Shown here: piece by piece, positions 59,276 to 64,000 of the stretch
Position numbering within the stretch: position 1 is the first letter of the stretch
Layout of the letters: the number at the start of each line of letters is the position of its first letter
Assembly: GCA_964291415.2 (NCBI GenBank)
Contig: OZ219919.1
Span: forward strand, 64,001 to 128,000
Source of the DNA: Alphaproteobacteria bacterium
GTDB lineage: Bacteria; Pseudomonadota; Alphaproteobacteria; SP197
Reading direction: 5' to 3'
DNA: 64,000 bases
Notes under the pieces: model-generated
What the model was told of the DNA's origin: nothing
Database searches by the model: none
What the model saw: the letters and a program-made list of their open reading frames with translations, nothing else
Translations under genes and position numbers: made by a program

Positions 59276-60946
59276 TCAGGCTTTCGAGAAGAGATCCTTC
59301 CTCAGACTCTGGATGGCGTCGGGATCGACGTCGACATGGATGACGGCCGGCTTGCCCGACTCGAGAGCGGATGAGAGGGCCCGGGCAGTCTCGCCCGGCC
59401 GCCTGACGCGCCAGCCGTTGGCGCCGACGAGCCGGGCGTAGTCGGCGAAGGGAGGATTGAGGAGATCGGCGCCCATGTAGCGCCCTCCGAAGAAATCTCG
59501 CTGGTAGGCCTTTTCGGCGCCCCAGGCGCGGTTGTCGAGAACGACCGCAACCACCGGAAGATCATGCTGCACGGCTGTCGTCAGCTCGATCATGGTGAGA
59601 CCGAATCCACCATCGCCCATGATGGCGATCACCGGGGAACCGGGTGCTGCCGCCTGTGCCCCCAGGGCAGCGGCATAGCCGAAACCCACGAGTCCGAAAT
59701 CGAGCGGTGTCACGAGACCCGGGCAGCGACCGAACCTAAGGCGATCGGCGGCCTGCAGGCAGACGGCGCCGGTATCGAGAGTGACGATCGCATCCCGGGG
59801 AAGCGTTTCGCGGATCTCTCCCAGCACTCTCGCCGGCGAGAGCGGCATTCCCGTCAGCCGGGCTTCGCCTTCGCGCTCGGCCTCGATGAGGCGTCGTTCG
59901 TCGTGAAAGGCCCTTGTCCAGGCCTGCCAGCGCGCTGTCTCCGGAACAGCCGCCTGAAAGGCACGGGCCGCCTCACCGGCATCGGCGACAATGCCCAGCG
60001 CCACCGGAAAGTGACGCCCGAGCGCCATGGCATCGATATCGACCTGCACGATGGCTGCGTCCAGGTTCAGGTAATCGGCGCTGTGAAAGGTCGAGTTGAA
60101 TCCAAGGCGGGTTCCAAGCGCCAGGATGACATCGGCTTCGCGCGTGAGCCTGGAGGCGAGACGGTTGCCGCGCGGACCCGCCTGGCCGGCCAGCAGCGGG
60201 TGGTCCGTCGCCAGCACGTCGTGGTGGCCGGTCGCGGCAACGACGGGGACGTCGAGTGCACGGGCAAGACAATCGAGCTCGGCCGATCCCCTCGCCCACT
60301 TCACGCCGCCACCGGCCACGATCACCGGCCGCTCCGCGGCGGCGAGCAGCTCCTTCACCTGTTGGATGTGCGCCTCCGCCGGCGCCCCCGCCGTGACGGG
60401 CCCGGAAGGTTTCGGCAGGTTCCCGGAAACCGATGACGCGAAGAGGTCCCGCGGCACGTGGAGGACGACGGGGCCGCTCCTGCCCGTCATGGCAACACGC
60501 AGCGCTTCGTTGAGAAGTTCGCAAAGCCGATCGGCATGCGGAACCCGGATCGAGCGCTTGGTGACGGGCGCCAGGAGGGCCTCCTGGTCAATTTCCTGGA
60601 AGGTGTCGCGCCCTGACTGGCTGCGCGAGATGGCGCCGGCAATGGCCACCACCGGAGAATAGGCGAGGTGAGCCTCCGCAAGGGCCGTCGCCAGATTGGC
60701 AACACCGGGGCCGGCCTGGGCGCCGAGCACCACGCCCGGCCCGCCTGTCAGGCGTGCCGCGGCATCTGCCATGTGACCGGCTGCCCGCTCGTCGCGGGAG
60801 CCGATGTAGGAGATGGGGGAATCGTGAAGCGCATCGAGGAGTTCGAGCATCGAGCCGCCGATGACCCCAAAGACCGTGTCGACGCCGGCACGTTCGAGAA
60901 CACGCGCCACCGCCTCACCGGCGCCCATGCGCGAAGGGGCCGGCAT
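59276..60946 (-). CDS. TPP-dependent enzyme (acetolactate synthase / Xsc-like)
   Basis: FGVIGG, RDERAAGHMAD, AGPGVAN, FQEIDQ, GDGGFG...NRAWGAEK. Confidence 0.9.
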   Translation of the reverse strand: MPAPSRMGAGEAVARVLERAGVDTVFGVIGGSMLELLDALHDSPISYIGSRDERAAGHMADAAARLTGGPGVVLGAQAGPGVANLATALAEAHLAYSPVVAIAGAISRSQSGRDTFQEIDQEALLAPVTKRSIRVPHADRLCELLNEALRVAMTGRSGPVVLHVPRDLFASSVSGNLPKPSGPVTAGAPAEAHIQQVKELLAAAERPVIVAGGGVKWARGSAELDCLARALDVPVVAATGHHDVLATDHPLLAGQAGPRGNRLASRLTREADVILALGTRLGFNSTFHSADYLNLDAAIVQVDIDAMALGRHFPVALGIVADAGEAARAFQAAVPETARWQAWTRAFHDERRLIEAEREGEARLTGMPLSPARVLGEIRETLPRDAIVTLDTGAVCLQAADRLRFGRCPGLVTPLDFGLVGFGYAAALGAQAAAPGSPVIAIMGDGGFGLTMIELTTAVQHDLPVVAVVLDNRAWGAEKAYQRDFFGGRYMGADLLNPPFADYARLVGANGWRVRRPGETARALSSALESGKPAVIHVDVDPDAIQSLRKDLFSKA

Positions 60947-62883
60947 CACAGGCTCCACGCGGCCTCAAGTCCCTCGAGTACCGCCTCTTCGGCGCTTCTC
61001 GGCGCGAGGCAGTCGCCGATCCGCACGAAGGGCCGGCCGGCAGCCTCGAGACCCAGGCCGAGATCGTCGTGTGGAACAGGGCCAAGTGACAGCACCAGGG
61101 AATCCATCTCATCAAGGATGATCGCCTCGTCCGTCAGCGTATCCTGAAAGTAGGCCACGTCATCGTCGGCGCCAAAGAGGCGCGCGTGGGTGATGATGTC
61201 GACGCCCAGCCTGCGCAGCCGCCCGACATGGTGGTTGCGGACATAGAGCTGGAGAAGTTCCCCTGCCATGGCGCCATTGACCACGAGACGCACCCTGTGG
61301 CCTGCCTCGGCCAGCTTTTCCGCCAGGCCAGGCCCGGTCCAGTCGGCGCGTCCGTCGGCAATCACGACGGAATGACCGACGTTGGCACCGTCGAGCAGTG
61401 CGATGGCTTCCACGACATGAGCCTCGCCCTCGATGGGCGGTCTCCACGGCCGGGCGCCGGTGGCCACGATGACGGCGTCGGGTTCGCACTCTTCGACGAG
61501 GCGAGGAGTCACCGTCGATCCGGTGCGGATCTCCGCGCCGGCGCTGCGGGCTTCGCGTTCGAGGTTCTGCACCAGACCGCCGAACTCCGCTCGGCCGGGA
61601 AGCATGGCGGCATGACACGCCTGTCCCCCCGGCACATCTCCCGCCTCGTGCAACGTGACACGGTGCCCTCGCGCGGCGGCCACCGCCGCCGCCTTGAGCC
61701 CGGCCGGACCGCCTCCTGCCACCATGACGGACCGGGCGATGCGGGAAGGCAGACACGTGCCGTAACGGCGTTCGCGCCCGGAGGCGGGATTCTGGATGCA
61801 GGAAATCGCAACGCCCTTGTGCGAGTGCCCGATACAGGCCTGGTTGCAGGCAATGCAGGCACGGATATCGTCAAAGCGCCCTTCACGAGCCTTCAGCGCC
61901 ATGGCGGGATCCGAGATCATCGCCCGGGTCATGCCACAGAGATCCGCGTCGCCTGACGCCAGGATGCCCTCCGCGATCTGCGGCTGGTTGATGCGCCCGG
62001 TGGCGATCACCGGCACTCCGGAGGCCTCCTTCACCCTCCGGGCAAGGGGAGCGATGTAGCCAGCCGGAATACCCATGGGCGCGGCGATGTGGATCGAGGC
62101 GCCGAGAGTCGACGACATGCCGGCGACGACGCTGATGTAGTCAAGGCGGTGCGCCAGAGCCCCTCCGATTTTTTCGACATCATCTGCGGTGAGGCCCTGG
62201 GCCGGGTCGAGTTCGTCGCCGGAAATCCGCATGCCGAGCGTTGCATCACCGATTGCGGCACGCATCGCCGACAGCGTTTCCTCGACGAACCGAAGACGCC
62301 TGTCGAAAGACCCTCCCCATGCGTCATTGCGGAGATTGAGCCGAGGATTGAGAAACTGCGCCGGCAGGTAGCCGTGGCTGGCGACCAGTTCCACACCGTC
62401 AAGGCCGGCCTCGGCAAGGTATCCGGCGCCCCGGGCGAATCCCTCGATCACCTCCTCGATGAGGGCGCCGGACATGGCCCGCGGCATGATGTGAAAGCGC
62501 TCGTTGGCAACCGGGGACGGAGCCACGGCGGCGGCCATGAGACCATCGGTGCGGGCCTGGACTTCCCGGCCCGGATGGAACAGCTGGCCGAAGAGCCGCG
62601 CTCCATGCCGTTGCACCGCGCCGGCGAGGCGCCGGTATCCCGGGACGCAGTCCGCCGAACGGGCATCGAGGCAGTTGGCGGCAAAGACGCCGGTGTCGTG
62701 GATGGTGGCGATCTCGGCGACGATGAGACCGGCGCCACCGGCTGCCCGTGCCTCGTGGTAGGCTACGAGATCGTCGCTCACCAGCCCGTCGGCAAGATGG
62801 GTGTGATGACCGGTGAAGACGATCCGGTTTCGGATCTCCGTCCTGGCGATCGTCACGGGCGAAAACAGGTGGGGCAGCGTCAT
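60946..62883 (-). CDS. NADH:flavin oxidoreductase (OYE barrel, Fe-S and FAD domains; DgcA/TMADH-like)
   Basis: MTLPHLFSP, GQLFHPGRE, SHGYLPAQFLNP..N.R.D.WGG, RACIACNQACIG, CIQNP, GGGPAG. Confidence 0.92.
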   Translation of the reverse strand: MTLPHLFSPVTIARTEIRNRIVFTGHHTHLADGLVSDDLVAYHEARAAGGAGLIVAEIATIHDTGVFAANCLDARSADCVPGYRRLAGAVQRHGARLFGQLFHPGREVQARTDGLMAAAVAPSPVANERFHIMPRAMSGALIEEVIEGFARGAGYLAEAGLDGVELVASHGYLPAQFLNPRLNLRNDAWGGSFDRRLRFVEETLSAMRAAIGDATLGMRISGDELDPAQGLTADDVEKIGGALAHRLDYISVVAGMSSTLGASIHIAAPMGIPAGYIAPLARRVKEASGVPVIATGRINQPQIAEGILASGDADLCGMTRAMISDPAMALKAREGRFDDIRACIACNQACIGHSHKGVAISCIQNPASGRERRYGTCLPSRIARSVMVAGGGPAGLKAAAVAAARGHRVTLHEAGDVPGGQACHAAMLPGRAEFGGLVQNLEREARSAGAEIRTGSTVTPRLVEECEPDAVIVATGARPWRPPIEGEAHVVEAIALLDGANVGHSVVIADGRADWTGPGLAEKLAEAGHRVRLVVNGAMAGELLQLYVRNHHVGRLRRLGVDIITHARLFGADDDVAYFQDTLTDEAIILDEMDSLVLSLGPVPHDDLGLGLEAAGRPFVRIGDCLAPRSAEEAVLEGLEAAWSL

Positions 62884-64000
62884 GGCGGATGAACGGCGTC
62901 CGGCTGCAGGTGTATCGGAAAGCGCTCGCGCAGGCGCCGGTCGAGCGCCGGGGAAAAGTGCCCCGTCCGGTGATCCCGGAGGATCCGCCGGGCTTCCCGG
63001 CGCGCCTTCTCCCGGATGTCGAGCGCACCGGCCTCCTCCCACGCGCCGGGCGGTTGCCGGTCCGCCAGACGGGGGTAGAGGTAGTCCCGGGTCATGGCAC
63101 CAAGGGTCTGTGAGTGGCCCAGATAGTGGCCCTCTCCGGTCACCACCTCGTTGACGGTATCGACCGACAGCGTGTCGTCGTTGACCTCGATGCCGCGGAC
63201 CGTCCGCATGATGGCGCCGAGCATGTCGTTGTCGATGATGTAGCTCTCCGGAGCGGCGCCGAGCAGGCTTGCGTGCATGCCGCAACTCTGGGTGATCATC
63301 GAACAGCCCGCCTGGGCGGCGAGGGTGACAGCACAGGCCTTCTCGTAGCCGGACTGGGCATCGGGAACCTTGGAATCCGTGATGCCGGCCATGACGCTGC
63401 ACGGCAGGCCGTAGTGACGGGCCATCTGGGTCGCGGCGGCGGCGGCGACCGCCTGTTCCCCGCTGCCACCGCACATGGCGCCGGTGCGCAGGTCCGAGAC
63501 CAGGGGCTTGGGCCCGATGATGGCGACGCAATCGGGATCGATGAGGTGGCAGTAGACCAGCCCGGCAAGTGCCTCGGCCACCGCCTGGGCCACCGCCCCC
63601 GCCAGGGTCGCCGGCGCCGTGGCGCCGGCCTGTCCGGCGGAAACCAGCATCACGGGCATGCCAAGAGGTATGGCCCGTTCGAGAACCCACAAGGCCTCCT
63701 CGGCAAAGCGAAGGGGAGGAACCACATGGCACGAGAGCAGCATGGCAAAGGGTCGCTGGCGATACCGGCCCTCACCGCCGGCAATGGCGTCGAGGAGCCC
63801 GACGACAGCCTCGACATTGCGGGCTTCGGTGATGCTGGTCCCGACATGCTTGGCGGTGCCGGCGAGAATGGCGTAGGCCGTGTTGATGTCGAAGGCGAGA
63901 GGATCCTCGATATCGCAGGCGACGAGCGAGCGATCGTAGAAGTGAATGTTCTCGAGGGTATCGACGATGCGGGCGACATCGTGGAGATCCCGGACCGTGG
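62880..64000 (-). CDS. Second MttB-family methyltransferase, non-pyrrolysine in the visible part; 5' end off the window
   Basis: Frame open to the edge: LHDVARIVDTLENIHF, TAKHVGTS, VVPPLRF, AGATAPATLAG, SDLRTGAM, DSKVPDAQSGYEK, GHYLG. Confidence 0.92.
   Translation of the reverse strand, partial: TVRDLHDVARIVDTLENIHFYDRSLVACDIEDPLAFDINTAYAILAGTAKHVGTSITEARNVEAVVGLLDAIAGGEGRYRQRPFAMLLSCHVVPPLRFAEEALWVLERAIPLGMPVMLVSAGQAGATAPATLAGAVAQAVAEALAGLVYCHLIDPDCVAIIGPKPLVSDLRTGAMCGGSGEQAVAAAAATQMARHYGLPCSVMAGITDSKVPDAQSGYEKACAVTLAAQAGCSMITQSCGMHASLLGAAPESYIIDNDMLGAIMRTVRGIEVNDDTLSVDTVNEVVTGEGHYLGHSQTLGAMTRDYLYPRLADRQPPGAWEEAGALDIREKARREARRILRDHRTGHFSPALDRRLRERFPIHLQPDAVHPP

Noticed and set aside
1749-63732. 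Many long antisense or alternate-frame ORFs (e.g. 1749-3869, 17677-19275, 33105-34958, 49861-51549)
   Set aside because: Shadow ORFs expected in GC-rich coding DNA. They overlap well-supported genes and have no recognisable motifs.

Overview
GC-rich bacterial chromosome segment, most likely an alphaproteobacterium (hslVU with an RpoH-type promoter, dusA, cobA/cobB/cbiD/cobK, a TPP-riboswitch thi operon). A marine, host-associated lifestyle such as a sponge symbiont is inferred from a secreted ankyrin/SH3/MORN-like protein, methylamine genes and a fused kinase-regulator. Gene content is dominated by methylated-amine, guanidino and osmolyte catabolism (Tdm-like DUF1989-GcvT, two MttB-family proteins, TmoXWV-like ABC transporter, Rieske oxygenase, two ureohydrolases), B1/B12 biosynthesis and scattered defence-type cargo (AbiE toxin-antitoxin, HNH nuclease, AAA-DUF4143 ATPase). 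The most unusual feature is structural. At three clear sites and one weaker site, short diverged duplicates of neighbouring gene ends meet at a junction, so alternative cargoes or alleles are stacked side by side between the same flanking genes, with no integrase or transposase in the window. In addition, a 1,072-bp near-identical inverted duplication of a TmoX-like gene brackets about 19.6 kb, and inversion would swap which promoter drives the transporter operon. Two single-C frameshifts (hslU and a large oxidoreductase) look like sequencing errors. No rRNA, tRNA, CRISPR array or IS element was recognised. All identity values are hand counts.
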